Shown here one piece after another: positions 51,450 through 61,270 of a DNA stretch of 64,000 nucleotides (positions within the stretch are counted from its first letter, which is position 1; the number at the start of each line of letters is the position of its first letter). The position numbers were made by a program, and so were the translations under genes. Where the stretch lies: NCBI GenBank assembly GCA_963799485.1, contig CAWCXJ010000006.1, positions 352,001-416,000 on the forward strand, in the 5' to 3' direction. The notes beneath the pieces are model-generated. The model was not told the origin of the DNA. It searched no databases and worked only from the letters and a program-made list of their open reading frames with translations. Source of the stretch: an uncultured Trueperaceae bacterium. GTDB taxonomy: Bacteria > Deinococcota > Deinococci > Deinococcales > Trueperaceae.

Positions 51450-52517
51450 CTAGTTCTCGTCCGGGTTGTAACGTAAAAACGCAGGGATGTCGAAATTCGT
51501 TGGGTCGTAGCTGCGGCCTCCGCCGATAGCGGTGCGAAGCTGGGCCGGGCGCAAGATTTTAGGTTGTGCAGCGTGGTCGAAGCCGGCGGCGATGACCGTG
51601 ACGCGCACCTCGTCGCCCGCATCTTCATCGTAGGCGACTCCGAACAGCACATTCGGGTCTTCGACCTCGGTGGCCTCGCTGATCTTCTCGACGATCTCGT
51701 GGGCGTCAAAGAGCGTCAACTCTTCGGAGCCGGTGATATTGACCAAAAGCTGATGTGCGCCCTCGACGCCGCGCGCCAGCAGCGGCGAGTGGGTGGCGCT
51801 GTTTGCGGCCTCCTCGACGAGGTGTTCACCGCGCCCCGAACCGATGCCCATCAGAACCGTACCTGCACCCGAGAGGAGCGCGCGTACGTCGGCAAAATCG
51901 ACGTTGATCAGGCCCGACTTGTTGATGACGTCGCTGATACCTTTGACGCCGAAGTAAAGCACCCGGTCGGCAACGCGGAACGCGTCAGACAGCTTGACCT
52001 TGCGGTCTAGAGCCGACAAGAGGCGCTGGTTTTCGACGACGATTAAAGCGTCTACCTTGTCCTCGAGCCGCCGCAAACCCTCTTCGGCCTGACGCATCCG
52101 GTTCGGGCCTTCAAACTGAAACGGCGTGGTGACGACGGCAACGGTCAAGGCCCCCTGCTCACGCGACACCTCGGCGACGATCGGCGCGCTGCCGGTGCCG
52201 GTACCGCCGCCCATCCCGGCGGTAATAAACACGAGGTCGCTGCCGCGCAGCTGCTCGGCGATGCGGTCACGGTCTTCGACGGCGGCTTTTTCGCCGATTT
52301 CCGGGTTGGCTCCGGCTCCCAAGCCTTTGGTCAGGTGGTCGCCCATCTGAATACGGGTGTCGGCAAGACTGGTCGTTAAAACCTGGGCGTCGGTGTTGGC
52401 GGCGATAAACTGCACGCCCTCGAGCCCTGCTTCGATCATCCGGTTGACCGCGTTGTTGCCGCCGCCGCCCAGACCGATCACCCGAATGACGGCATTTTCC
52501 GTTACGTTACTGATCAT
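51450..52517 (-). CDS. ftsZ: Cell division protein FtsZ
   Basis: GGGGNNAV, GLGAGANP, GMGGGTGTG, INVDFADV, DIPAFLR. Confidence 0.99.
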   Translation of the reverse strand: MISNVTENAVIRVIGLGGGGNNAVNRMIEAGLEGVQFIAANTDAQVLTTSLADTRIQMGDHLTKGLGAGANPEIGEKAAVEDRDRIAEQLRGSDLVFITAGMGGGTGTGSAPIVAEVSREQGALTVAVVTTPFQFEGPNRMRQAEEGLRRLEDKVDALIVVENQRLLSALDRKVKLSDAFRVADRVLYFGVKGISDVINKSGLINVDFADVRALLSGAGTVLMGIGSGRGEHLVEEAANSATHSPLLARGVEGAHQLLVNITGSEELTLFDAHEIVEKISEATEVEDPNVLFGVAYDEDAGDEVRVTVIAAGFDHAAQPKILRPAQLRTAIGGGRSYDPTNFDIPAFLRYNPDEN

Positions 52518-52612
52518 CGTCTGCTCCTATTGGGAAACCCCAGAAAAAACTTGTGCGTGAAACCTCGTAAAAAACCCTTGCGAGAGAAATTTGCCAAAAA
52601 AAGATAAAAAAG

Positions 52613-53878
52613 TTAAAAGAAACCTTTGAGAAAATCGCGAACGGTGCTGATAACACCGCCTAACCCCGCGCCGCCTTCACCCGGGAGCCGGACGACGCGC
52701 GGGGGAAGGCGGCGCGCCGTGGTTCCAGCCGACAGCTGTTTGAACTGCATACCGTGCCGCACCAAACCGACCGCCGTCGCGTGGGCAGGACTTGCCACCA
52801 CATCGACGAGCCCGGAGACGTTGAGCGGTTTGCCGATCCGCACCGGTAAACGAAAGCGTTCGGTGGCGACCTGCTCGGTGCCGCGCATCAAAGACGCGCC
52901 GCCCGTAATCACCACGCTGCCGGCAAGCAGCTCCAACGCGCCCATCCGCTGTTCGATGGCGCGTTTTACGAGGTCTAGAATTTCGATAACGCGCGGGCGA
53001 ATCACCTGCGCGAGTTCAAAGGTCGTCAAAGACGAGGTGTAGTTGGGGTGTGAGACCTCCAACTCGACCTCACGGTCGGCAAGTTCAGGGAGCGCGACAC
53101 CGTACTTTTTCTTGACACGTTCGGCCTCGTCGGGCGGAATCCGCAAAAGTTGCGAGATGTCCTGGGTGATGTGGTCGCCGCCCAAGGGAATCACTGCCGA
53201 GTCGGTCAGCGTCCCCCGGCGAAAGACGCCGACGTCGGTGGTACCGCCGCCGATATCGATAAGCACGGTGGTGAGTTCGCGCTCGCTATCGGTCAGCACC
53301 GCGAGGCCCGAGGCGAGTGCCTGGACGACCATTCCGTCGACCTCGACCCCGGCGTCGTGGGCGCAGCGGCGCAGGTTTTGCAGTGGCCCCTGCGCCCCGG
53401 CGACGATATGCACGTCGACCTCGAGGCGTACGCCGCTCATCCCCACGGGGTCTTTGATACCGTCTTGCCCGTCGACCACGTACTCTTGCGGAATAACGTG
53501 AACGACGTCCATGTTGGCCTCGAGCGGGACGGCCTTGGCGTTGTCGATGGTGCGCTGAACGTCGGTCTCGCTGATCTGCTGACCCCGGCGAATCGCCGCC
53601 ATCCCGTGACTCGTAAATGCCCGCAGATGACTTCCGGCGACGCCGATCCAAGCGTCTTTGACCTCGACGCCCGCGACGCGTTCGGCGGCGGCGACCGACT
53701 GCCGCACCGAGGCGATGGTGCGCTCCAAGTTGACGACGACCCCTTTGCGGAGTCCGTCACATGGCACGGTGCCTTCACCGATGATGTCGAGTACGCCGTC
53801 GCTCGCCACTTCACCGATGACGGTGCAAATTTTGGTCGTACCGATGTCGAGCCCGACGATAATGCGTTCATCTGTCAT
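52613..53878 (-). CDS. ftsA: Cell division protein FtsA
   Basis: GLDIGTTKI, PVGMSGVRLE, IDIGGGTTD, amphipathic C-terminus DFLKGFF. Confidence 0.97.
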   Translation of the reverse strand: MTDERIIVGLDIGTTKICTVIGEVASDGVLDIIGEGTVPCDGLRKGVVVNLERTIASVRQSVAAAERVAGVEVKDAWIGVAGSHLRAFTSHGMAAIRRGQQISETDVQRTIDNAKAVPLEANMDVVHVIPQEYVVDGQDGIKDPVGMSGVRLEVDVHIVAGAQGPLQNLRRCAHDAGVEVDGMVVQALASGLAVLTDSERELTTVLIDIGGGTTDVGVFRRGTLTDSAVIPLGGDHITQDISQLLRIPPDEAERVKKKYGVALPELADREVELEVSHPNYTSSLTTFELAQVIRPRVIEILDLVKRAIEQRMGALELLAGSVVITGGASLMRGTEQVATERFRLPVRIGKPLNVSGLVDVVASPAHATAVGLVRHGMQFKQLSAGTTARRLPPRVVRLPGEGGAGLGGVISTVRDFLKGFF

Positions 53879-53915
53879 GGTCGTAAAACCTCTGTTACGT
53901 TGTTCCTTAGGTTCA

Positions 53916-54515
53916 TCACTGTTGTGTGCTCACTCCCCACGGGTAGACCGCGACGCGCGCTGCTTGCTGCTCTACAAAAGCCGACCAGTGCGCCCGTAAA
54001 ACCTCTGCGCCCGGCGTATAAAGAGAAGAACCAGCGAAGCTAACCGTAAAGCCGCTTGGTGCGTAGCTTAACATCTGCGGACGTTTAGATGCCACGAGTC
54101 GGTAGATAGCCAGCGCCTCCTTGCTCCGGTCGGGGCCCCACCCCCTAAGGGGTACAGCGCGGGCACGGTCGGCGGAAGTGGCTCCCGGTAAGACCGTACC
54201 GTCGAGCGCGTAGGCCGTCGCGCCCTGAACCAGAACAGGGGTGCGTTCCGTCACCGAAAGGTAGAGCGTACCGGGCCATTTGCGGACGACCTGCGCGCCC
54301 AAAATCCAGGGGTCGCGCGCTAGCGCGCCGACCCGCTGCTTCGTCACCCACAAGAGGGGAAAGCCGACGCGGACGCGCGCCAAGCGGAGAATGTCGGCCT
54401 CGCTGTAGTGCGATGCGCCCGAGACCTGAACGCGCTCGATTTTGGGGTAAAAAAGGCTTACCCCAACGACGAGCAGAGAAAGTACGAACAGGGCGCGGAG
54501 CACTATGCGGAACAT
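53916..54515 (-). CDS. ftsQ: Cell division protein FtsQ/DivIB (POTRA domain)
   Basis: TM anchor, VQVSG, PWI..AQV.RKWP..L...V.ER.P; dcw position. Confidence 0.85.
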   Translation of the reverse strand: MFRIVLRALFVLSLLVVGVSLFYPKIERVQVSGASHYSEADILRLARVRVGFPLLWVTKQRVGALARDPWILGAQVVRKWPGTLYLSVTERTPVLVQGATAYALDGTVLPGATSADRARAVPLRGWGPDRSKEALAIYRLVASKRPQMLSYAPSGFTVSFAGSSLYTPGAEVLRAHWSAFVEQQAARVAVYPWGVSTQQ

Positions 54516-55384
54516 GTCAGCTCCTGCGGCGCAAGTTGCGCGGCTGCAAAACCCCACAGCTCCCACTCGGTCTCGAGCGGTGTCCCGACCTGTACGCGAA
54601 TCTGCGTGAGCAGTTCAGTCACGTCGGCAGCGGTTGCGCCGCCTAAATTGACGATAAAGTTGCCGTGTTCAGCCGAGACCCGCGCCTGCCCGACCTGCAA
54701 GCCTTTAAGCCCGGCGGCGTCGATCAGGCGTCCGGCGCTGTCGCCGGGTGGGTTTTTGAACGCACAACCCGCGGACTTCGTTTTGGGTTGACCGCGGCGG
54801 GCCGCGTCGACTTGCCCGAGTCTCGCCCGCACCCGTTCCGGTGACGAGGGGGTGAGCTCGAGCCGGACGCGGGTGATGATCGCGCCCGGCGGCAGGTGGC
54901 TACGCCGGTACGAGAGCCCCAGCGCGTCAGCGGGCAGACGGTGGATTTTTCTATCTACCAACAGTTCGACCTCGCGGAGCGTGTCCGACAGGTCGCCAAA
55001 CCGTGTTCCGGCGTTCATGGCGACTGCGCCGCCTAAAACAGCGGGGACGCCTAAAAGGCCCTCCAAACCCGACCAGCCGGCTTCCGCTGCCCGCCGTACG
55101 AGCCCCGGCAGCGGCGTCGCTGCCCCCAACCACACGTCCGGGTTTGCGCCGAACGTGCTGACGTCGTTAAAGCTGCGCCCCAGCTTGACGACGCGCTCTC
55201 TAACCCCGCTGTCGGCAACGAGCAGGTTCGACCCGGCCCCCAGTACGCGGTAGGGTTCACGGGTGGCCTCGGCAAGCTCGGTTTCGTTCTCGACCGTCCA
55301 CACCTCGGCTTCACCGCCGACGCCGAGCGTCGTCAGCCTGCTTAAGGCGATCCATCTAGTCAAGCCCTCACGCACTGCCGTCAT
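54503..55384 (-). CDS. murB: UDP-N-acetylenolpyruvoylglucosamine reductase
   Basis: TTLGVGG, LGAGSNLL, MNAG, SAGCAFKNP, VSAEHGNF. Confidence 0.93.
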   Translation of the reverse strand: MTAVREGLTRWIALSRLTTLGVGGEAEVWTVENETELAEATREPYRVLGAGSNLLVADSGVRERVVKLGRSFNDVSTFGANPDVWLGAATPLPGLVRRAAEAGWSGLEGLLGVPAVLGGAVAMNAGTRFGDLSDTLREVELLVDRKIHRLPADALGLSYRRSHLPPGAIITRVRLELTPSSPERVRARLGQVDAARRGQPKTKSAGCAFKNPPGDSAGRLIDAAGLKGLQVGQARVSAEHGNFIVNLGGATAADVTELLTQIRVQVGTPLETEWELWGFAAAQLAPQELTCSA

Positions 55385-56744
55385 CCCCTCCGGCGGTAGC
55401 GACGAGCCCTTCGGCAACCCGCCACACGTCGCCCGCCCCGAGCGTGATAATGAGGTCGCCGGAGGCCAGCGTCTCGCTCAGGTAACTTTGCGCGGCGTCG
55501 GCGCTCATCAGGTCGGCGGTGCTGCCGGCTGCCCGGAGGCGTTCGACGATCTGCGCCGAAGACACGCCGGGAATCGCCGCTTCGCCCGCGCCGTAAATGT
55601 CGAGAACCAGGATTTCATCGGCGAGCGCGGCAGCGTCGGCAAGGGCGGCCCAGTGGCGTGCGGTGCGAACCCAGCGGTGCGGTTGCAAAACGGCCCGCAC
55701 GCGGCGTCCGGTGTTACGGGCCGCCTCCAGCGTGACCTGCACCTCGGTCGGGTGATGCGCGTAATCGTCGATGACGAGCGCACCCCGGACGCTGCCCATA
55801 CGCTGCCAGCGCCGTCCGACGCCGCTAAAGGTACCCAAGTGTTCGGCGGCAGCCTGTAGGTCAAGGCCTGCCAGATGCGCTACAGCCAGCGCCGCCGCCG
55901 CATTCTGGACGTTGTGCGTGCCGGGGATCAGCAGTTTGACGTCGCAGCTTTCGCCGGGTGCACGGAAGGTAAAGGTGCTGCTCTGCTCGGAAAGCTCATG
56001 AACCTCGGCGCGGTAGGTCGCGTTTTCGCTCAGGCCGTAAGAGACCGTTTCCTGAACGCCGTCTAAAACGTCCGCCAGTCCGGGCCAATCGGCGCAGTAG
56101 AGTACCTGTTTGGCGCGCGCGGCAAAAGCGCGGGCCGCATCTTCCAGATCGCTCAAACTCGCATGGTAGTTGCGCCTTTCACTAAACTCGCCGGCGATGT
56201 GGTCGTCCTCTAAGTTCGTCACCACGGCAACCTCCGAGGTGAGTTCGGCAAAACCGGGGTCGGATTCGTCTACTTCAGCGATCAGCCACGCGCCGTGCCC
56301 GTACCGGACGTTGCTGCCCAAACTCGCCAGCTGTCCGCCGATAAGCACCGACGGGTCGAGGTTCGCTTTGAGAAAAAGCGTCGCAATCATCCCGGTCGTC
56401 GTGCTTTTGCCGTGGGTGCCTGTGACCGCTACACCCCGCCGAGCTGCTAGCAGTTGCGCCAGGAGTTCGATACGGCGCCGCGACGGTTTGCCCTGCTGCG
56501 CGGCAGCCTGAACTTCCGGGTGGGTGGTCGGTACGGCGGTGCTGCTGACTAAGATGTCGGCGTGGTCTACGTGGCTGGCACTGTGGCCCAGACACGCCTC
56601 GACGCCCTGACGCCGAAGCGTCTGGAGTTCGGGACTGTCGAGGGCGTCGCAGCCCGAAACCGGGTAGCCGTCGGCCAAGTACCAGCGGGCGAGCCCGCTC
56701 ATGCCGACCCCGGCGATACCCATAAAGTGAAGATGGGGTTTCAT
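55368..56744 (-). CDS. murC: UDP-N-acetylmuramate--L-alanine ligase
   Basis: HFMGIAGVGMS, GTHGKSTT, EVDESD, DDYAHHPTE, QPHR. Confidence 0.96.
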   Translation of the reverse strand: MKPHLHFMGIAGVGMSGLARWYLADGYPVSGCDALDSPELQTLRRQGVEACLGHSASHVDHADILVSSTAVPTTHPEVQAAAQQGKPSRRRIELLAQLLAARRGVAVTGTHGKSTTTGMIATLFLKANLDPSVLIGGQLASLGSNVRYGHGAWLIAEVDESDPGFAELTSEVAVVTNLEDDHIAGEFSERRNYHASLSDLEDAARAFAARAKQVLYCADWPGLADVLDGVQETVSYGLSENATYRAEVHELSEQSSTFTFRAPGESCDVKLLIPGTHNVQNAAAALAVAHLAGLDLQAAAEHLGTFSGVGRRWQRMGSVRGALVIDDYAHHPTEVQVTLEAARNTGRRVRAVLQPHRWVRTARHWAALADAAALADEILVLDIYGAGEAAIPGVSSAQIVERLRAAGSTADLMSADAAQSYLSETLASGDLIITLGAGDVWRVAEGLVATAGGDDGSA

Positions 56745-57841
56745 AACGTCTCCTGCATCTGCGTTTGGCGGCCTGTAGAGGCCTCGAGGTTGCGCTCGAC
56801 GAGTCCTGCGAGGCGTGCGGCGGCTCCTGCGGGGGAGCGCGAAAGCGCTCCCCCGCTCATCTCTTTGCGCGTGCGCGTGTCCAGCAGCTCTGCCCAGGCT
56901 TGGGTAAGCGCCTCTAACGACTTCTCTTCAACGGCGATACCCGCACCGGCTTTTTCAACGGCCTTGGCGTTATAGAGCTGATGGTTTTCAGCCGCCGTCG
57001 GTAGCGGCACCATCACGAGCGGCACACCGTGAAAGGCGGCCTCGGCAAGTGTGCCGTTGCCGCTTCGGGTGATACCCAGGTCGGCTGCCGACCACGCTAA
57101 CACGCCCTCCAGGTAGCCGTCCACCCGGTAATTCGCCAAACCCTGGGCTCCTCGGCGCGTGGTCTCCAAGTTCGCCGGACCGCTGCTGTGAAGGACGAAC
57201 AGGTCGTTTTTAGCCGTTTCCGGTAGCGCGGTAAATGCTTTTGGGACGGCTTGATTAAGAACCACAGAACCTTGCGACCCGCCCATGACCAGCGTCAGAA
57301 TCCCCGCTTCGGGCAACCCCAGGCGGCGACGCGCCGTAAGCTTATCGACGCGGGCTTCGCGTACCGGTAAGCCCACGGGTTCGACCTCGGCGCTGAGGTG
57401 CGCGCCCGTTTCAGCCGCCGCAACCGCGACGAACCGTGCGCCGCCCGCGAACCAGCGCACGACTTTGCCGGGGAAGACGTTTTGCTCGTGCAGGGCGTAG
57501 GGGAGACCTAAAACTCTGGCGGCAGCGAGCGCCGGAAAACTGGCAAAACCGCCGAACCCCAGCACGAGCCCCGGACGCAGCCGCCGTAAAACCGTCACCG
57601 CGTCGCTGAGGCCGAGTCCAGCCCTCAATGCTTGCCGGGGATCGGGACGGCCCCGGTGCCATTTGCCGGCCCGAACACCGTAAAAGGGGAGCCCTTCGGC
57701 GGGAATGGCACGCGCCTCGAGCCCCCCCGCTTGCCCAACAAACACCACGCGAAACCCCCGCCGCGCCAGCTCGTGCGCCGTGGCTACAGCCGGGTAGATA
57801 TGCCCGCCCGTACCGCCGGTCGCCAGCACGACGAGGCTCAC
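56741..57841 (-). CDS. murG: Undecaprenyldiphospho-muramoylpentapeptide beta-N-acetylglucosaminyltransferase
   Basis: GGTGGHIYP, HEQN, GGSQGS, HQLYNA. Confidence 0.96.
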   Translation of the reverse strand: MSLVVLATGGTGGHIYPAVATAHELARRGFRVVFVGQAGGLEARAIPAEGLPFYGVRAGKWHRGRPDPRQALRAGLGLSDAVTVLRRLRPGLVLGFGGFASFPALAAARVLGLPYALHEQNVFPGKVVRWFAGGARFVAVAAAETGAHLSAEVEPVGLPVREARVDKLTARRRLGLPEAGILTLVMGGSQGSVVLNQAVPKAFTALPETAKNDLFVLHSSGPANLETTRRGAQGLANYRVDGYLEGVLAWSAADLGITRSGNGTLAEAAFHGVPLVMVPLPTAAENHQLYNAKAVEKAGAGIAVEEKSLEALTQAWAELLDTRTRKEMSGGALSRSPAGAAARLAGLVERNLEASTGRQTQMQETL

Positions 57842-58932
57842 GCACGCACCTGTGGTGCAGGTGTTTGGCTGGCTTCAGGCTGCGCGGCCTGCACCTGTGA
57901 ACGCGCGGCGCGGTGCGCGGCGTGCAAAAAGCCGAGCGCAATAGCGACTGAAATAAGGCTGTTAAAGCCGTAAGAGACGAACGGCAGCGGCACCCCGGTA
58001 ACAGGCAGAATTCTAGCGGCGACCAGCAGGTTGAGCCCGGCTTGACCACAGACGTAGGTCGTCGCGCCGATAGCTAAAAGTGCGCCGGGGCCGGTGACTC
58101 GAGAGGCGATCTGAACGCCGCGCAGCGCGATAAAAAGGTAGAGCGCAAAAAGCGTCGCCGTCCCGACCAAGCCGAGGGCGTGGCCTACTGAAATCGCAAT
58201 CATATCGGTGTCTCTGGCTGGCAAATAGTAGGGTTGTCCGGCCCCAACCCCGACGAGCCCGCCGCCGCGCAGGTACGTCTCGGCGCGGTCGGCTTGATAG
58301 TTGACGTCCGCCGACGCTGCGTTGTCCAGCATACCGAGGTACCCTTTTATCCGCTGGGCGAGGTACGGGTACTCGGCGTTGAGCTGCGGCACGACGAACA
58401 CGGTGACGAGTACGGCGACCAGCAGATTGAGCCGTACAAGTCGCCAGACGGTGGTTCCGGCGGCGATCATAATGGCGAGTCCCAGAAAGAAGATAAAGAT
58501 GGCGGTGCTGACGTTGGGTTCGGCCAAGATGAGGCCGACGGCGATGCTGATCAGCACCATCGGTCGCCACACCTGAAAGCTGCTCAGATGGTTGTGAAAA
58601 AATGCGGTCAGGTAGGCGATAACGGCGACCTTCATCAGTTCGGAAGGCTGCAGGGTAAAAAAGCCCAGGTCGAGCCAGCGTTTGGCCTCGCTCCCGTCAG
58701 GCGAAACGCCGACGAAAAGTACGAGAAAGAGCAAGGCCAAAACGGTTAAGAAAAAGCCGGTGCTGAGGCGCACGACCCTTTGCGGAGAGATGCGCGAGAC
58801 GATGAAGGTGAGAATGACAGCCAGCGCCACGCGCCAAAAGTGATCGAAGGCGGCGTCCGGATTGGCGGTTGCTACGCCGAGCACGCCGAGCACGCCGAGG
58901 GTCAGCTGTGCGGCTAGGAGGAGAGGATCCAC
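57838..58932 (-). CDS. ftsW: SEDS family peptidoglycan glycosyltransferase FtsW
   Basis: AKRWL, QPSELMK, PVTGVPLPFVSYG. Confidence 0.92.
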   Translation of the reverse strand: MDPLLLAAQLTLGVLGVLGVATANPDAAFDHFWRVALAVILTFIVSRISPQRVVRLSTGFFLTVLALLFLVLFVGVSPDGSEAKRWLDLGFFTLQPSELMKVAVIAYLTAFFHNHLSSFQVWRPMVLISIAVGLILAEPNVSTAIFIFFLGLAIMIAAGTTVWRLVRLNLLVAVLVTVFVVPQLNAEYPYLAQRIKGYLGMLDNAASADVNYQADRAETYLRGGGLVGVGAGQPYYLPARDTDMIAISVGHALGLVGTATLFALYLFIALRGVQIASRVTGPGALLAIGATTYVCGQAGLNLLVAARILPVTGVPLPFVSYGFNSLISVAIALGFLHAAHRAARSQVQAAQPEASQTPAPQVRA

Positions 58933-60299
58933 GGCACCCTTTCTGCAACACTGTTTGCGGCAACCCGGTCTGTAACCTGCCTAACGGCCCGCCGAAAGGC
59001 GTCGGCTCGAGCCCGGTAGTCGCTGAACTGGTCGAACGAGGCGGCGAGCGGGGCCAGCAGCACCGTGCCGCCTGTTTCGGATAAGGTAGCGGCAGCCAGC
59101 GTAACAGCCTCTTGCAGCGCGCTTTCGCCGTCTTTCGTCTCGATATAGTGCGTGTTCGTCCACGCAGCAATCTTTTCGGTAAACCCTCGGCCCGCTTCAC
59201 CCAAACCAATACAGAGGACGACTCGAGCCCGCACCAAAGACTCTAAAGGTGCTAAATCGGCTCCCTTATCCTGCCCCCCGACGAGCCAGACGACAGGCGC
59301 GGGCGTCGCCTCAAGTGCGGCCAAAACGGAGAGCGTGCGGGTAGCCACCGAATCTTCGATAAACCGGACGCCGGCAGCTTCGGCGACCAGGCTGTAACGT
59401 CCGGGAACACCGCCGAAGGTAACGAGTCCGGCGCGTATCGTGGCAGCGTCCAGCCCCCTAGCCGACGCCGCGAGAGAAACCGCGAGAGCGTTCATCAGGT
59501 GATGCTGCCCGGAAAGCTGCAGCTCGGACGCCCCGACGAGCGGCGCGCCGTGCAGCATTAGGGTGTCACCCTCCAGATACGCCTCGGCCCGGGAGTCGTG
59601 CGCCGAAAAACCCCAAGTTCGTGCCCCTGAGTCGGCGGCCCAGCCGCGCAAAACCGGGTCGTCTTGGTTGTACACGAGGGTCTCTGCCCCGGTCAGGTGC
59701 GTGATGAGGTTTCGTTTGGCAGCGTGATACGCCGCTACCGTCCCGTGCCGGTCCAAATGGTCAGTGCCCAGGTTGAGAAGCGCTGCGACCTTTGGTTTGA
59801 GGGTCGGGCAACGCTCGAGCTGAAACGACGAGAGCTCGGTGACGAGCGTTGCACCCGCTTCGGCGACGGTGGCCAAAGCCGGATCGACGTTGCCGCCTGC
59901 AGGTGCGTTTAAGCCTGCACGGGTAAGCACGTGCGAGAGCCAGCGGGTGGTGGTCGTTTTGCCTGCGGTGCCGGTAATCCCGATGATATCGGCGGGAACG
60001 CTGCGGTAGACCCATTCGACCTCGCCGATGGTCTCGCGCCCCCTTGCCCGCAGCGCCACCAAGTCGGGTGCGCCGTAAGGAACGCCGGGCGCGGCGATAC
60101 ATAAGTCGAAGTGTGCGCCGGCAGGTGCAGAAAGCGGCGTATCCGTGCGGCGACAACCGAGTGCGCTCAGCTCATCACCTTGAGGCGCAGCTGCGTCATA
60201 CGTCCACACTTCGTGACCCTGCCGCCGTAAAAGCTGCGCCACCGCGCTGCCGCTCCGCCCGAGACCGTAAACGAGTACGTTTTGCTGCGCCTTGTTCAC
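58914..60299 (-). CDS. murD: UDP-N-acetylmuramoyl-L-alanine--D-glutamate ligase
   Basis: GLGRSG, ITGTAGKTTT, ELSSFQL, DHLDRH, ASFDQF. Confidence 0.95.
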   Translation of the reverse strand: MNKAQQNVLVYGLGRSGSAVAQLLRRQGHEVWTYDAAAPQGDELSALGCRRTDTPLSAPAGAHFDLCIAAPGVPYGAPDLVALRARGRETIGEVEWVYRSVPADIIGITGTAGKTTTTRWLSHVLTRAGLNAPAGGNVDPALATVAEAGATLVTELSSFQLERCPTLKPKVAALLNLGTDHLDRHGTVAAYHAAKRNLITHLTGAETLVYNQDDPVLRGWAADSGARTWGFSAHDSRAEAYLEGDTLMLHGAPLVGASELQLSGQHHLMNALAVSLAASARGLDAATIRAGLVTFGGVPGRYSLVAEAAGVRFIEDSVATRTLSVLAALEATPAPVVWLVGGQDKGADLAPLESLVRARVVLCIGLGEAGRGFTEKIAAWTNTHYIETKDGESALQEAVTLAAATLSETGGTVLLAPLAASFDQFSDYRARADAFRRAVRQVTDRVAANSVAERVPWILSS

Positions 60300-61270
60300 T
60301 GCAAGCCGCCCTTAAGCCCCCAGGCCAGCCCGACGCAGACCGCCGTGACGAGCCAGAACCGGAACGTGACCAGGGTTTCAGGCCAACCCGACTTTTCAAA
60401 GTGGTGATGCAGCGGCGCCATCTTGAAAAACTTTTTGCCCCCCGTAAACCGGAAGTAAGGCACCTGAATCATGACCGAAACGACCTCGAGCAGCGGCACG
60501 AAGGCAATCAGCGGCAACCACCAGCCCCAGCCCGCCAAGATTGCAGTTCCGGCTATCGCTGCACCTAACGCTTCCGAACCGACGCCGCCCATAAACACCC
60601 GCGCCGGGTGGACGTTAAACCACAAAAAGCCTAACAAGGCCCCGACGAGCGCCCCGACAAAACTCACCCCGATAAAAGGCAGCAGGATCAGCGCCGCCAT
60701 CCCCCCGGCAAGCCCGTCCAACCCGTCGCTGAAGTTGAGCGCGTTGATGGTGCCGACGATGATAAACATAAACCCGAGCGTATCGATCAGCCCCGGCCCG
60801 AGCAGGTCTTGACCGTTGCGAACGGCGTAAATGGCAAAAGGTAGCGCCGCAAGTGCCTGAACGAGCAGCCGGTAACGCGCCAGGACGCCCGTCGTCAGGT
60901 CGAGTGTAGGTCGTTTGGGTTCGGTTTCAACCTTGTCCTCACCGGGTTCAGGGTCGGGTTTTGCGGTAACGACCACGACGCGCCGTTTTTTACGCAGCGC
61001 GGTAAGGTCGTCTAAAAGCCCTAATCCTGCGACGGCGAGCGTCAGGAGCGCCACGGCGAGGCTGTCGACGCCGGGGCTGCCGAAAAAAAGCCAGGTGAGA
61101 AGCGCGGCGAGTAAAAACGCGGCCCCACCCATCGTCGGGGTTCCGGCTTTGGCGAGGTGCGTTTCAGGCCCGTCCGGGCGGACGTCTTTGCCAAAGCCGT
61201 AACGCGGCGCGAGCTGAATAAAGGTGCCGACGAACAGCAGTGACAACAGGGCGGAGACGAGGATAATCAC
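60296..61270 (-). CDS. mraY: Phospho-N-acetylmuramoyl-pentapeptide transferase
   Basis: KAGTPTMGG, GLLDD, NFSDGLDGLA, PARVFMG, MAPLHHHFE. Confidence 0.95.
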   Translation of the reverse strand: MIILVSALLSLLFVGTFIQLAPRYGFGKDVRPDGPETHLAKAGTPTMGGAAFLLAALLTWLFFGSPGVDSLAVALLTLAVAGLGLLDDLTALRKKRRVVVVTAKPDPEPGEDKVETEPKRPTLDLTTGVLARYRLLVQALAALPFAIYAVRNGQDLLGPGLIDTLGFMFIIVGTINALNFSDGLDGLAGGMAALILLPFIGVSFVGALVGALLGFLWFNVHPARVFMGGVGSEALGAAIAGTAILAGWGWWLPLIAFVPLLEVVSVMIQVPYFRFTGGKKFFKMAPLHHHFEKSGWPETLVTFRFWLVTAVCVGLAWGLKGGLQ

